Shown here in pieces: positions 32,092 to 41,999 of a stretch of 64,000 bases of DNA. The first letter of the stretch is position 1; every line of letters starts with the position of its first letter. Under the pieces are notes generated by a model. It saw nothing but the letters and a program-made list of their open reading frames with translations, was not told the origin of the DNA and searched no databases. The DNA is taken from assembly GCA_050298595.1 (NCBI GenBank), contig JBNKUM010000024.1, positions 64,001-128,000 on the forward strand. Direction: 5' to 3'. A program made the translations under genes and the position numbers. The stretch comes from Gammaproteobacteria bacterium. GTDB taxonomy: Bacteria > Pseudomonadota > Gammaproteobacteria > GCA-001735895.

Positions 32092-34116
32092 TTACAGTAA
32101 TGGCACCATCAACAGCGCTACGATATTGATGATTTTTATCAATGGGTTGATCGCTGGACCTGCAGTATCCTTATAAGGGTCACCTACTGTATCGCCAGTC
32201 ACTGCTGCCTTATGCGCATCAGAACCCTTGCCGCCATGATTGCCGTCTTCGATATATTTTTTCGCATTATCCCAGGCACCACCACCGGTGGTCATAGAGA
32301 TCGCCACAAACAAACCGGTTACGATAGTACCGATCAAAACGCCACCCAGTGCTTGCGCACCCAGTGTCAGGCCGACCACGATTGGCACTGCAACCGGTAA
32401 TAAGGAAGGAATAATCATTTCCTTAATCGCTGCACGAGTCAGCATATCCACAGCACGAGAATAATCCGGCTTCTGTGTTCTATCCATAATGCCTGGCATT
32501 TCACGGAACTGGCGACGTACTTCATTCACGATACCACCGGCTGCACGACCTACTGCTTCCATTGCCATTGCACCAAACAGATAAGGAATCAAACCACCAA
32601 TAAACAGGCCAATAATGACCATATGGTTGGATAGATCAAAGGTTTCAGCCTTGCCTGCACTGGTCAACGAGCTGGTGTAATCGGCAAACAATACCAGAGT
32701 AGCCAGACCGGCAGATCCAATCGCATATCCCTTGGTTACCGCCTTGGTAGTATTACCCACTGCATCCAGTGCATCGGTAGTATTTCGAATCTCTTCTGGT
32801 AGTTCGGCCATTTCAGCGATACCACCTGCGTTATCGGTAATCGGTCCATAAGCGTCCAGTGCTACCACAATACCCGTCATAGACAACATGGCAGTTGCTG
32901 CAATCGCTATTCCGTACAGTCCAGCCAGATTATGTGCCCCCCAGATTGAAAGACAGACAGCCAGTACAGGCAATGCGGTTGAACGCATCGAAATACCCAG
33001 GCCGGCGATAACATTGGTACCATCACCGGTAGTAGAAGCTTCAGCGATATGTCTTACCGGAGAGTATTCGGTTGCCGTGTAGTACTCAGTAATCACAATC
33101 ATCGCTACGGTCAGCACCAAACCGATTAACGCAGCACCAAATAGAGCACCAGTGCTAAACATCCCGTTATCCGCCATCATAGAATTAGTTATCACATAGA
33201 AACCGATAGCTGAAAGAATGGCTGACACAGCAGTTGCCTTATACAGCGCAGTCATAATCTTGCCGCCTTCCTTATATTTAACGAAGAAGGTGCCGATTAC
33301 CGAACAGATGATCGAGATACCACCCAGTACCAGAGGATAGGTCACGGCCAGCGCCAGAGTTTCTGTACTCGATTTTACAAACACCAGACTGCCCAGCAAC
33401 ATAGTAGCGATAATGGTTACTGCATAGGTTTCAAACAAATCTGCCGCCATACCCGCACAGTCACCCACGTTATCACCCACGTTATCTGCGATAACTGCCG
33501 GATTACGTGGATCGTCCTCGGGAATCCCTGCTTCAACCTTACCAACAATATCAGCGCCCACATCAGCACCCTTGGTGAATATACCACCACCCAGACGGGC
33601 AAAGATTGAGATCAACGAACCACCGAAGGCCAATCCAACCATCGGATGTAGAGGATCATCTACACCCATCATCAGTAATATGCTGTAGTAACCAGCAACG
33701 CCTAATAAGCCTAGCCCAACCACTAACATTCCGGTAATTGCGCCGCCTTTAAAAGCGACCTGCAGGGCAGGATTGATTCCACCTTTAGCCGCTTCTGCAG
33801 TACGTGAATTGGAACGCACAGAAACATGCATGCCTATATAGCCTGCAGCACCTGATAATAATGCACCCAATGCGAAACCAACTGCGGTATACCAGTCCAG
33901 AGCCAGGCCAAGGCCCAGGAATAATATTGCGCCAACCATAGAGATAGCCGTGTATTGACGCGCCAGATAAGCCACTGCGCCTTCCTGAATAGCGCCTGCG
34001 ATTCTTTGCATTTCTTCATTACCCTGAGGCTTTGCTAAAACGCTAAAGATTGAAACTACCCCATACCCGATCCCTACAAAAGCACAGATCAATGCCATAA
34101 CTAATGCTGAACTCAT
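32092..34116 (-). CDS. hppA: Membrane-bound H+-translocating pyrophosphatase, predicted K+-independent
   Basis: [26 protein letters not shown] (Lys at the K+-dependence position), [10 protein letters not shown]. Confidence 0.96.
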   Translation of the reverse strand: MSSALVMALICAFVGIGYGVVSIFSVLAKPQGNEEMQRIAGAIQEGAVAYLARQYTAISMVGAILFLGLGLALDWYTAVGFALGALLSGAAGYIGMHVSVRSNSRTAEAAKGGINPALQVAFKGGAITGMLVVGLGLLGVAGYYSILLMMGVDDPLHPMVGLAFGGSLISIFARLGGGIFTKGADVGADIVGKVEAGIPEDDPRNPAVIADNVGDNVGDCAGMAADLFETYAVTIIATMLLGSLVFVKSSTETLALAVTYPLVLGGISIICSVIGTFFVKYKEGGKIMTALYKATAVSAILSAIGFYVITNSMMADNGMFSTGALFGAALIGLVLTVAMIVITEYYTATEYSPVRHIAEASTTGDGTNVIAGLGISMRSTALPVLAVCLSIWGAHNLAGLYGIAIAATAMLSMTGIVVALDAYGPITDNAGGIAEMAELPEEIRNTTDALDAVGNTTKAVTKGYAIGSAGLATLVLFADYTSSLTSAGKAETFDLSNHMVIIGLFIGGLIPYLFGAMAMEAVGRAAGGIVNEVRRQFREMPGIMDRTQKPDYSRAVDMLTRAAIKEMIIPSLLPVAVPIVVGLTLGAQALGGVLIGTIVTGLFVAISMTTGGGAWDNAKKYIEDGNHGGKGSDAHKAAVTGDTVGDPYKDTAGPAINPLIKIINIVALLMVPLL

Positions 34117-34164
34117 TTTTTTATGTCCTATTTATTGTTAAATTAAAAAATTATTTTTGTGCTC

Positions 34165-34200
34165 AAAAAAAAACCGCCAGTTCAATGAACTAGCGGTTTT
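34165..34200 (-). terminator. Intrinsic terminator after adk
   Basis: AAAACCGCCAGTTCA / TGAACTAGCGGTTTT stem plus A9 run. Confidence 0.8.
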
Positions 34201-34208
34201 GATATTTG

Positions 34209-34913
<705 letters not shown>

Positions 34914-35129
34914 TCAAATTCCATAGCCACCAGAATTAAGATTTGAAATACTCGATATTGCATCAATCTATACTCTTGTGCACATTGTGCCACAGCAATA
35001 CCCCTACTTCGAGCATGCTTTTTAAATTGACCGATTGAATTCACTTATGCCTGCATATCTCCATTAGCATGCAAATTTGCGCTTTTTATTGTATATTCGC
35101 CGCCCTGTATATCGATAGAACAACAAATT

Positions 35130-35486
35130 ATGGACGCCATTCCTGATATAAATGACACCGAACAACGTATTATCCGTAGCTCTCTGGATGAACGCTGGGG
35201 CAAGGACAAGGTAGAGTTTCACATTGTTGATGTGGAGGCCAGACTGGACCCCTCTGACCGTGAATTGACCGAATGCCCGGCTATTTACTGGGAACAGGGC
35301 GAATGTCATTTTGTAGTCATCAAAACCGCCGAAAATCTCTACCGCACCCAGTTTTATTATGGTAACCGCGAACAATTCGGTACTGGAATACGTGAATACA
35401 ATGAGTTGGGAGACTGCGTCATCTCCCTGCTACGCCTGCAGTCAGATCATGAAAGAGATCGCCAGCAGGAGTTAAACCCAGACTAA
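35130..35486 (+). CDS. Hypothetical soluble protein upstream of pfp
   Basis: 118 aa ATG ORF, co-oriented with pfp; ECPAIYW, QFYY, QFGTG, LLRLQSDH. Confidence 0.75.
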   Translation: MDAIPDINDTEQRIIRSSLDERWGKDKVEFHIVDVEARLDPSDRELTECPAIYWEQGECHFVVIKTAENLYRTQFYYGNREQFGTGIREYNELGDCVISLLRLQSDHERDRQQELNPD

Positions 35487-35547
35487 TTAAAAATTTTTAT
35501 ATCAACTACAGGCTTTAAAAAAGCTGAATTCATTGCGGAGAAAAATA

Positions 35548-36804
35548 ATGAGTATAAAGAATGCATTCTATGCACAATCAGGCGGCGTAACCGCCGTTAT
35601 CAACGCTTCGGGCTGTGGCGTCATCGAAACCTGTCGCAAACACGCCGACAAAATAGGTAATGTGTATGCCGGTCAAAATGGCATCATCGGTGCATTAACC
35701 GAAAATCTAATCGATACCTCTAAAGAATCTGCTGAAGATATTGCCGCACTGAAAACCACGCCTTCGGGTGGATTTGGCTCCTGCCGCTTCAAGCTCAAAA
35801 GCCTGGAAGAAAACAAGCGCGAATATGAACGCCTGATCGAGGTGTTCAAGGCACACAACATTGGTTATTTCTTCTATAACGGCGGCGGTGATTCAGCCGA
35901 TACCTGTTATAAGGTTTCTCAGTTGTCTGAAAAAATGGGATTTCCGGTACAGGCGATACATGTACCTAAAACGGTTGATAACGATCTGCCGATCACCGAT
36001 AACTGCCCTGGCTTTGGATCAGTCGCCAAGTATATTGCGGTTTCTACACTGGAAGCCTCGTTTGATGTGCGTTCCATGGCTGCAACCTCTACCAAGATTT
36101 TTGTTATCGAAGTCATGGGGCGTCACGCAGGCTGGATTGCTGCTGCAGGTGCACTGGTAGAAGACTATGGTATTCCAGTAGTCACACTATTCCCTGAAAT
36201 TGAATTCGATAAAGAAAAATTCCTCGCCGTGGTTGATGCCAGGGTTAAAGAGCATGGCTACTGCACTATCGTAGTTTCTGAAGGCGCGCACTATCCTGAT
36301 GGCACTTTTCTGGCAGAACAGGGCACCCGCGACTCATTCGGACACGCCCAACTGGGTGGCGCAGCGCCCATCGTAGCGAATATGATCAAGGACGCACTGG
36401 GCTATAAATTTCACTGGGCGGTTGCTGACTACCTACAACGTGCAGCACGTCACCTGGCCTCGGAATCTGATGTACAACAGGCTTATGCGCTGGGTGAAGC
36501 GGCAGTCGAAAAAGCCCTGGAAGGCAAGAACTCCATCATGCCGACCGTGGTTCGTGAATCATCAAACCCTTACAAATGGAGCATTGGCGAAGCCCCATTA
36601 AGCGAAGTGGCTAATGTTGAAAAAATGATGCCTATGGATTACATCAGTGAAGATGGCTATGGTATTACTGACAAGTGTAAGGAATACCTCTACCCCTTAA
36701 TCAAGGGCGAAGCCTATCCTGAATACGATGACAACGGTATGCCCATATATGTCACTCTGAAGAATGAGCTGACTGAAAAGAAACTACCGCTGTTTGAAAT
36801 TTAA
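35548..36804 (+). CDS. pfp: Pyrophosphate-dependent 6-phosphofructokinase
   Basis: QSGGVTAVIN, NGGGDS (Asp at the phosphoryl-donor position), PKTVDND, EVMGR. Confidence 0.9.
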   Translation: MSIKNAFYAQSGGVTAVINASGCGVIETCRKHADKIGNVYAGQNGIIGALTENLIDTSKESAEDIAALKTTPSGGFGSCRFKLKSLEENKREYERLIEVFKAHNIGYFFYNGGGDSADTCYKVSQLSEKMGFPVQAIHVPKTVDNDLPITDNCPGFGSVAKYIAVSTLEASFDVRSMAATSTKIFVIEVMGRHAGWIAAAGALVEDYGIPVVTLFPEIEFDKEKFLAVVDARVKEHGYCTIVVSEGAHYPDGTFLAEQGTRDSFGHAQLGGAAPIVANMIKDALGYKFHWAVADYLQRAARHLASESDVQQAYALGEAAVEKALEGKNSIMPTVVRESSNPYKWSIGEAPLSEVANVEKMMPMDYISEDGYGITDKCKEYLYPLIKGEAYPEYDDNGMPIYVTLKNELTEKKLPLFEI

Positions 36805-36816
36805 CCAGCATACCTG

Positions 36817-36844
36817 AAAGGGCTGCACTTGCAGCCCTTTTTTA
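36817..36844 (+). terminator. Intrinsic terminator after pfp
   Basis: AAAGGGCTGCA-ct-TGCAGCCCTTT followed by a T run. Confidence 0.85.
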
Positions 36845-36852
36845 TTCCACTT

Positions 36853-37050
36853 ATGACCCTTGAACGCGCCAGAGAACTACTGGAAACCCAGGTCTATATC
36901 GGCCAGGGTTATAATCGTCATGCCGCTCGCCTGATACTGGCTGAAGTTCAGCGTGATCTGGGACAGGGTGCTGTCGACCAGTTAATCACGGAATTGAATA
37001 TGACTGAAGTGTTCGGATTTAACCCGGGCGAGCATTTTAAATCCCCCTGA
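36853..37050 (+). CDS. Small hypothetical protein (65 aa)
   Basis: ATG at 36853; YNRHAARLILAEVQRDLGQGAVDQLI reads like a helical protein. Confidence 0.65.
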   Translation: MTLERARELLETQVYIGQGYNRHAARLILAEVQRDLGQGAVDQLITELNMTEVFGFNPGEHFKSP

Positions 37051-37152
37051 TGAATAGAATTCATAGTTTTTCCTTAGCGCCCCCTCTCTACAACCCCTTT
37101 CGACACTGCTATAATCCCGCGCTCTATTATCTATGAAGCATTGGCCAGATTT

Positions 37153-37701
37153 ATGAATCTTGATCGCGTTAACTCGGGTGTAAATTGCCCAAATGATATT
37201 AATGTCATTATCGAAATCCCTTCGCATAGTGATCCTGTCAAATATGAAGTCGATAAAGCAACAGGTGCTATGTTCGTCGATCGCTTCATGGGAACTGCCA
37301 TGCATTATCCCTGTAACTATGGATATATCCCACACACACTGTCTGACGATGGTGACCCTGCCGACGTTCTGGTGGTCACACCGGTACCGCTGATCAGTGG
37401 TTCAGTGATCCGCGTTCGTCCTGTTGGCATGCTTAAAATGACCGATGAATCGGGTGAAGATGCCAAGATACTGGCCGTGCCTGTCGATAGCTTATCGCGT
37501 ATGTATCGAGAGATTGACTCGGTACGTGATATGCCGCGTCCGTTGCTGGATTCTATCTCTCACTTTTTCGAACACTACAAAGATCTGGAAGATGGCAAGT
37601 GGGTGCATATCGAAGGCTGGTTGGGTACAGAAGAAGCCAAGAAGGAAATCATGGATAGTATTGAACGTTATAACGCAGCGAAGGAAAAGCCTGCATTTTA
37701 A
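37153..37701 (+). CDS. ppa: Soluble inorganic pyrophosphatase (family I)
   Basis: [36 protein letters not shown]. Confidence 0.97.
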   Translation: MNLDRVNSGVNCPNDINVIIEIPSHSDPVKYEVDKATGAMFVDRFMGTAMHYPCNYGYIPHTLSDDGDPADVLVVTPVPLISGSVIRVRPVGMLKMTDESGEDAKILAVPVDSLSRMYREIDSVRDMPRPLLDSISHFFEHYKDLEDGKWVHIEGWLGTEEAKKEIMDSIERYNAAKEKPAF

Positions 37702-38381
37702 TCCTGTTCTGAATTAGCGAATAAAGCTGCTTTCTCTTCCGTAGATACTGCAGTAGCCGGTTTGGCAAGGGTGATATCAGGATGACAGACCTGATTTCGC
37801 CCCTGTTGTTTGGCCTGATACAAATACTGATCCGCACTGTCCACAAAAGCTTCGAAACTCTGACTCTCATCTGCCTGATAAACTGCGACACCCAGACTGG
37901 CTGTAATATTGAACCAGTTATCTGCAAATGCTACGGGTGTCTGCTGTAAAGTCAGTCGCACTCGATGTGCCACCCTTACCGCCATAGCTAAACTGGTTTG
38001 AGGTAATATTAGCGCAAATTCCTCTCCACCATAGCGACAAATAATATCCACCACGCGCAACTCCTGTCTAAACACAGATGCAGCAAGCTGTAGCGCCTTA
38101 TTACCGCCTTCATGCCCCCAACGATCATTCACCTGCTTGAATAAATCAAGGTCGATCATCACAAGCGCGGTAGGATGACCCGTACGATTAGTTCGCTGCA
38201 TTTCATTCTTCAACACAGATTCGAAATGACGATAATTGAATAAACCAGTTAAGGGATCAGTACTCACCTGGGTTTGCAACTGACTGATTTCCTGTTGAAG
38301 ACTGGCTACCTGACTCACCCAGTCACAATCGCGAATTCCAACTGGGCATAGTTCTATTTTTAATTCAGACTGACTCATCAA
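37698..38381 (-). CDS. Diguanylate cyclase with intact active site and I-site
   Basis: [19 protein letters not shown]-site, RYGGEEF; N-terminal CPVGIRDC and coiled coil. Confidence 0.93.
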   Translation of the reverse strand: MMSQSELKIELCPVGIRDCDWVSQVASLQQEISQLQTQVSTDPLTGLFNYRHFESVLKNEMQRTNRTGHPTALVMIDLDLFKQVNDRWGHEGGNKALQLAASVFRQELRVVDIICRYGGEEFALILPQTSLAMAVRVAHRVRLTLQQTPVAFADNWFNITASLGVAVYQADESQSFEAFVDSADQYLYQAKQQGRNQVCHPDITLAKPATAVSTEEKAALFANSEQD

Positions 38382-38444
38382 ACGGAGTATAACAACACAA
38401 AATCACATTGCACTGAGCATTTGTAAACAACGCAACAGGAATTC

Positions 38445-39026
38445 TTATTCGAGTATGGACAATAAATTATTTACCAGAGTATGCAATGGTTCTCGCTCAA
38501 TTCCAGTTTGACTATACAGGCGGATACCTCGCACACCCATCAGTAAGAAGGCAGCTAAAGACTCAGGATTTTTATCCTCACTCAGCTCTCCATTTTGCTG
38601 CGCTGTCAGCAATATCTGATAGAACTGTTGCTGATGACTGGCAAACATGGCCTGCAGGCGCTGGCGAACTTCCTCATCCTGTGACGCCAGTTCGGTAGCT
38701 GTATTGATCATCAGACAGCCCTTGATGGCCTTATCATCCAGCACATCCTCAATCAGCGCCGCAAAATATTGATGGATGCCATCTAACGCTGCCCCATCAC
38801 TTTTCAGGCGCTGGGTCAGCAAGGCGGAGCTTCTTTCGAAATACAGATCCAGTGCCTGTAAAAACAGTTCCCGCTTACTATTAAAAGCAGCATACAGGCT
38901 ACCTGGCCGCATGTTCATTTGCTCGCCTAATTGCTGTATGGAGGTATTGCTATAGCCATTTTTCCAGAAAAGAAACATCGATTGCTCGAGCACACGAGTA
39001 CGATCAAATTGAGCAGGTCTAGGCAT
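38445..39026 (-). CDS. TetR family regulator (NemR/ComR-like)
   Basis: MPRPAQFDR, FWKNGYSNTSI, SLYAAFNSKRELF, GCLMINTA. Confidence 0.93.
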   Translation of the reverse strand: MPRPAQFDRTRVLEQSMFLFWKNGYSNTSIQQLGEQMNMRPGSLYAAFNSKRELFLQALDLYFERSSALLTQRLKSDGAALDGIHQYFAALIEDVLDDKAIKGCLMINTATELASQDEEVRQRLQAMFASHQQQFYQILLTAQQNGELSEDKNPESLAAFLLMGVRGIRLYSQTGIEREPLHTLVNNLLSILE

Positions 39027-39071
39027 AGCTGAAACTGATATTGGTTAGAGTTGCTTTACCTTACCAGATAA

Positions 39072-39087
39072 TTGAGTGATCACTCAA
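39072..39087. promoter_or_regulatory. Probable TetR operator
   Basis: Perfect 16-bp palindrome TTGAGTGATCACTCAA 46 bp upstream of the tetR start. Confidence 0.75.
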
Positions 39088-39130
39088 AAAATAATCTAAT
39101 TTTTTTCATTTTTCTACTCAGGAGTCAAGC

Positions 39131-39190
39131 ATGAACCTTCAAGCTGAAATTGATAAAAACAAGCAACTAACCGGAGCCGGTAAACCTTAA
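39131..39190 (+). pseudogene. 19-codon stub of a divergent gene (possibly AhpC/TSA peroxiredoxin-like), cut at the repeat terminus
   Basis: AGGAG RBS, ATG, MNLQAEIDKNKQLTGAGKP, then TAA contiguous with ACCTGGATTCCGCAG. Confidence 0.55.
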
Positions 39191-39395
39191 ACCTGGATTC
39201 CGCAGTTGACCGCTCGCATAGAAGGGCAACCCACTGTTTCGTTGAGAATAACAGTCGATTTATTTTTTCACCCAACAGCTGAGTCCCGCTACGAGATGAA
39301 TTGCACGTTTGAGGCGGCGTATCTCTGCGTTGCCTATAGGACATAGGTAAGGGGCGTGAGCAGGACGCGGAAGCCTTGTAACTCCTTGGAATAGC
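39187..39395. mobile_element. MITE/REP-like element with internal insertions, homologous to 48135-48240
   Basis: Shares CTGGA(T/A)TCCGCAG, CGTTTG(A/C)GGCGGCGTATCTCTGC and TGTAACTCCTTG with the reverse complement of the 48.1 kb element. Confidence 0.65.
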
Positions 39396-39426
39396 CCTTT
39401 CCTTATCAAGAGCTGGAACGACGCTG

Positions 39427-39508
39427 TGGGCTGCTGGTGGGCTTCTCGAAGAGTGCGCTGCCGTTTATGAGATGAAAAACACTTCCGTAGAAGTTAATCA
39501 GCAGCCCA
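39427..39508. repeat. Long imperfect hairpin
   Basis: TGGGCTGCTGGTGGGCTTCT ... AGAAGTTAATCAGCAGCCCA. Confidence 0.55.
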
Positions 39509-39539
39509 TCTTAATATGCATTTTATTTAGAGCGCTACA

Positions 39540-41414
39540 CTAGAGCTCTCGAACCAGCCGGATACCTACGTTGTACTGGCCTGAATTACTTGGGAAAGTC
39601 TCTCGATTCTCTACGCGCATGGATGAAGCAGGGCTACGGAAAGCGCCCCCCCGAACCACACGTACACTACAGTCACCACCTTCCCAAATCGACCCGTCAT
39701 CAGGAGCTCCATCATAGTTTCGGTGATAACAGTCGTACACCCATTCATAAAGGTTACCCGCAGTATCAAATAAACCAAAGGCATTCGGCTTATAGGAGCC
39801 GACCTTAGCCGGCTTACTGGTAGTTAATTCAGATTCACAGTCATAGCAATGCGCATTACCTTTACCCTTATCGCTACCCCACCAATATGTAGTTCTCTTT
39901 CCACCACGAGCAGCGTATTCCCACTCCGCTTCAGAAGGTAAACGATACTTCTTACCGGTCTGTTTACTTAGCCAGCTTGCATAGGCTAAAGCATTTTCCC
40001 AGGAAACATTATTCACTGGATGGGTTTTACGATCCAAACCTGAGCTATCGGGTCTCAGTTTTTGAGTAGCCCTGGCGAATACATCATATTCAGCATAAGT
40101 CACCTCATAGATAGACATAGCGAATGCTCGAACCTTAACCTCATGACGAGGGGCTTCATCGGGTGAAATCAGGCCTGAAACATTCCCCATCAGGAAGCTG
40201 CCAGCTGGCAGGGCAATCATTTTCGGCCCACGCCCACCAATTTTGAGGCGATCTGTGAACGGTTTTGAGAGGTTGACATACTCTTCCTGCATCAGCGGTT
40301 CTGGCGGCTGTACTGCCGGTTGCTTGACCAGTTCACGTCGTGGGGTTTTGACTTCAGGAACAGCCACTGGCGGCGGAGGCTCAACTGGTTTAGGTGTAGG
40401 TGTAGGTGTAGGTGTAGGTGCTATTTGCTCTTCAAGCTCAGTCATAACCTGTCCAATCATGCTATCCAGCATACCTTGCTGCCAGGCATAGTATCCAGCG
40501 CTGGCGATGACCAAAATCAGAATAAATTTAAGCAGCCCAGAAAATGACTTCTTCTCTTTCGGTGGCTCATAATTATATGAGGTATCGATGTCTGGGCTGG
40601 AGCGGGATAACGATTCTCTGGTAGCAGCGGTAACAGCCTCCTGCGGTATCGCCTTTTTCTTAATATCCACCACGATGATGGTGGTATTATCCTGATTGAT
40701 CTTATTCGCTTCTTCTACAGCCTTGAGCAAAGCATAGACACATTCACGTGCGGTTGCAGACCATGATGAATATTGAATAATAGCACCAGCACCCAGTGTA
40801 TCCAGACCATCACTGGAAATGATTAGACGATCTCCTTCTTTCAGCTTAACGGGATGTGTTGGGCAGTCAATACTGCTTATTTCTTCACCCGTCATGGCGC
40901 TCATTAGCATGTTACGAGACATACCGGGTTGTTCTTCAATATCCATCCCCTGTTCGCGCATCATATCGATATAGGCACCATAACTATGGTCAGCGTTCTG
41001 CTTGATCAGCTCTCGGTCACGAATCAGGTATAGATGACTATCACCCACACTAACCCAGTAGAGGTTATTATTTTCCAGATAGGCAGTCACCATCGTGCAG
41101 CCCATGCCGCGTAGTGCGGGTGTCTCTTTTATTGAATCCTTAATTTGCTGATTCGCACGATTAAGCGCACTGGATAAAGACTCGGGAACATCTTTACTGG
41201 GAAAATCACTTTGAAAAGCTTTATTGAATGTTGCAACCACCATATTGCTTGCAACATTCCCTGCTGCATGCCCCCCCATTCCATCAGCCATAATGACCAA
41301 CGAGCAGGATTTTCCCTCATCATTCTCGCCCAGTTGCGACACCATATAAGCATCTTCCTGGTAATCTCGTGCACCATCGATCTGGTCACTGGCAATATCA
41401 AATTCAACATTCAT
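39540..41414 (-). CDS. PP2C Ser/Thr phosphatase - TM - Pro-rich linker - FGE/SUMF1 (CLec) domain fusion
   Basis: RDYQEDA, ADGMGGH, SVGDS, SSDGL, QDN; TM helix; PTPTPTP; FLMG, YEVT, RLPSEAEWEYAARGG, GNLYEW, VVRGG, GIRLVRE. Confidence 0.9.
   Translation of the reverse strand: MNVEFDIASDQIDGARDYQEDAYMVSQLGENDEGKSCSLVIMADGMGGHAAGNVASNMVVATFNKAFQSDFPSKDVPESLSSALNRANQQIKDSIKETPALRGMGCTMVTAYLENNNLYWVSVGDSHLYLIRDRELIKQNADHSYGAYIDMMREQGMDIEEQPGMSRNMLMSAMTGEEISSIDCPTHPVKLKEGDRLIISSDGLDTLGAGAIIQYSSWSATARECVYALLKAVEEANKINQDNTTIIVVDIKKKAIPQEAVTAATRESLSRSSPDIDTSYNYEPPKEKKSFSGLLKFILILVIASAGYYAWQQGMLDSMIGQVMTELEEQIAPTPTPTPTPKPVEPPPPVAVPEVKTPRRELVKQPAVQPPEPLMQEEYVNLSKPFTDRLKIGGRGPKMIALPAGSFLMGNVSGLISPDEAPRHEVKVRAFAMSIYEVTYAEYDVFARATQKLRPDSSGLDRKTHPVNNVSWENALAYASWLSKQTGKKYRLPSEAEWEYAARGGKRTTYWWGSDKGKGNAHCYDCESELTTSKPAKVGSYKPNAFGLFDTAGNLYEWVYDCYHRNYDGAPDDGSIWEGGDCSVRVVRGGAFRSPASSMRVENRETFPSNSGQYNVGIRLVREL
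40391..40420. repeat. Perfect 6-bp tandem repeat encoding the Pro-Thr linker
   Basis: (TAGGTG)x5. Confidence 0.9.
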
Positions 41415-41517
41415 AGATTTAATAATCTCAAAGTACTAGCCGTACTATAGATACAAGTTAAAGTAATTTATAGAATAAATGCTAAATACTCAAACATCCT
41501 AATACTTAAGTCTTTAT

Positions 41518-41538
41518 TTGAGACTTTTATAGTCTCAA
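41518..41538. promoter_or_regulatory. Inverted repeat between the Nudix gene and the PP2C fusion (terminator or operator)
   Basis: TTGAGACT-tttat-AGTCTCAA. Confidence 0.4.
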
Positions 41539-41554
41539 CTGTATTTAACGGTCG

Positions 41555-41977
41555 TTAATCCCTTATGAACGGCGCGTAACTTGATTGTTTCAACCTCTTT
41601 AATGGCAGAAATAAAGGTTGTGGTAAATCATACCAGTCAGCCCATGTCCAGTCACTGCAATCCTTATTACGCTGCAGATCGATGTCAGCAACATTCAGAC
41701 ATTCCATTTGAAAGTACAGGCTGACCGAATGCAGCCCGTTATCAAATAGATTCCTGGTAGAACTGACCAGCTCTGCTGCTGTACATTCCAACCCGTGAAA
41801 TCTGTGTTGTAAGCGATAAACCGCCTGTTGTGGTGACTCAATGTTTTGCAGCCAGCCACCTGGTAATTGCCAACTCAGTGGCATGGGTTGTTTCTTTCTT
41901 CTTCCTATGAGCAAATAGCTCTTGTATGTCATAATCAGGGCAATCCCGATTCGGGGAGCTGGATTTGAATCAGTCAT
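41555..41977 (-). CDS. Nudix-fold protein (NUDT15-like) with degenerate Nudix box
   Basis: PRIGIAL, LLIGRRK, WQLPGGW, WTWADWYDLPQPLFLPL; REUXEE replaced by RLQHRF. Confidence 0.8.
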   Translation of the reverse strand: MTDSNPAPRIGIALIMTYKSYLLIGRRKKQPMPLSWQLPGGWLQNIESPQQAVYRLQHRFHGLECTAAELVSSTRNLFDNGLHSVSLYFQMECLNVADIDLQRNKDCSDWTWADWYDLPQPLFLPLKRLKQSSYAPFIRD

Positions 41978-41999
41978 AGGCTTAAGGTTTCCGGATTTT

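Noticed and set aside
35064-35375. 103-aa minus-strand ORF and the many other short antisense ORFs in the track
   Set aside because: They are shadows of well-supported genes on the opposite strand.
39114-39344. 76-aa minus-strand ORF
   Set aside because: It is a translation of the repeat stack, runs antisense to the RBS-bearing stub and has no protein-like motif.
39190-39700. Diversity-generating retroelement targeting the FGE/CLec C-terminus
   Set aside because: No template repeat resembling 39540-39660 and no reverse transcriptase in the window; the adjacent intergenic DNA is unrelated repeat sequence.
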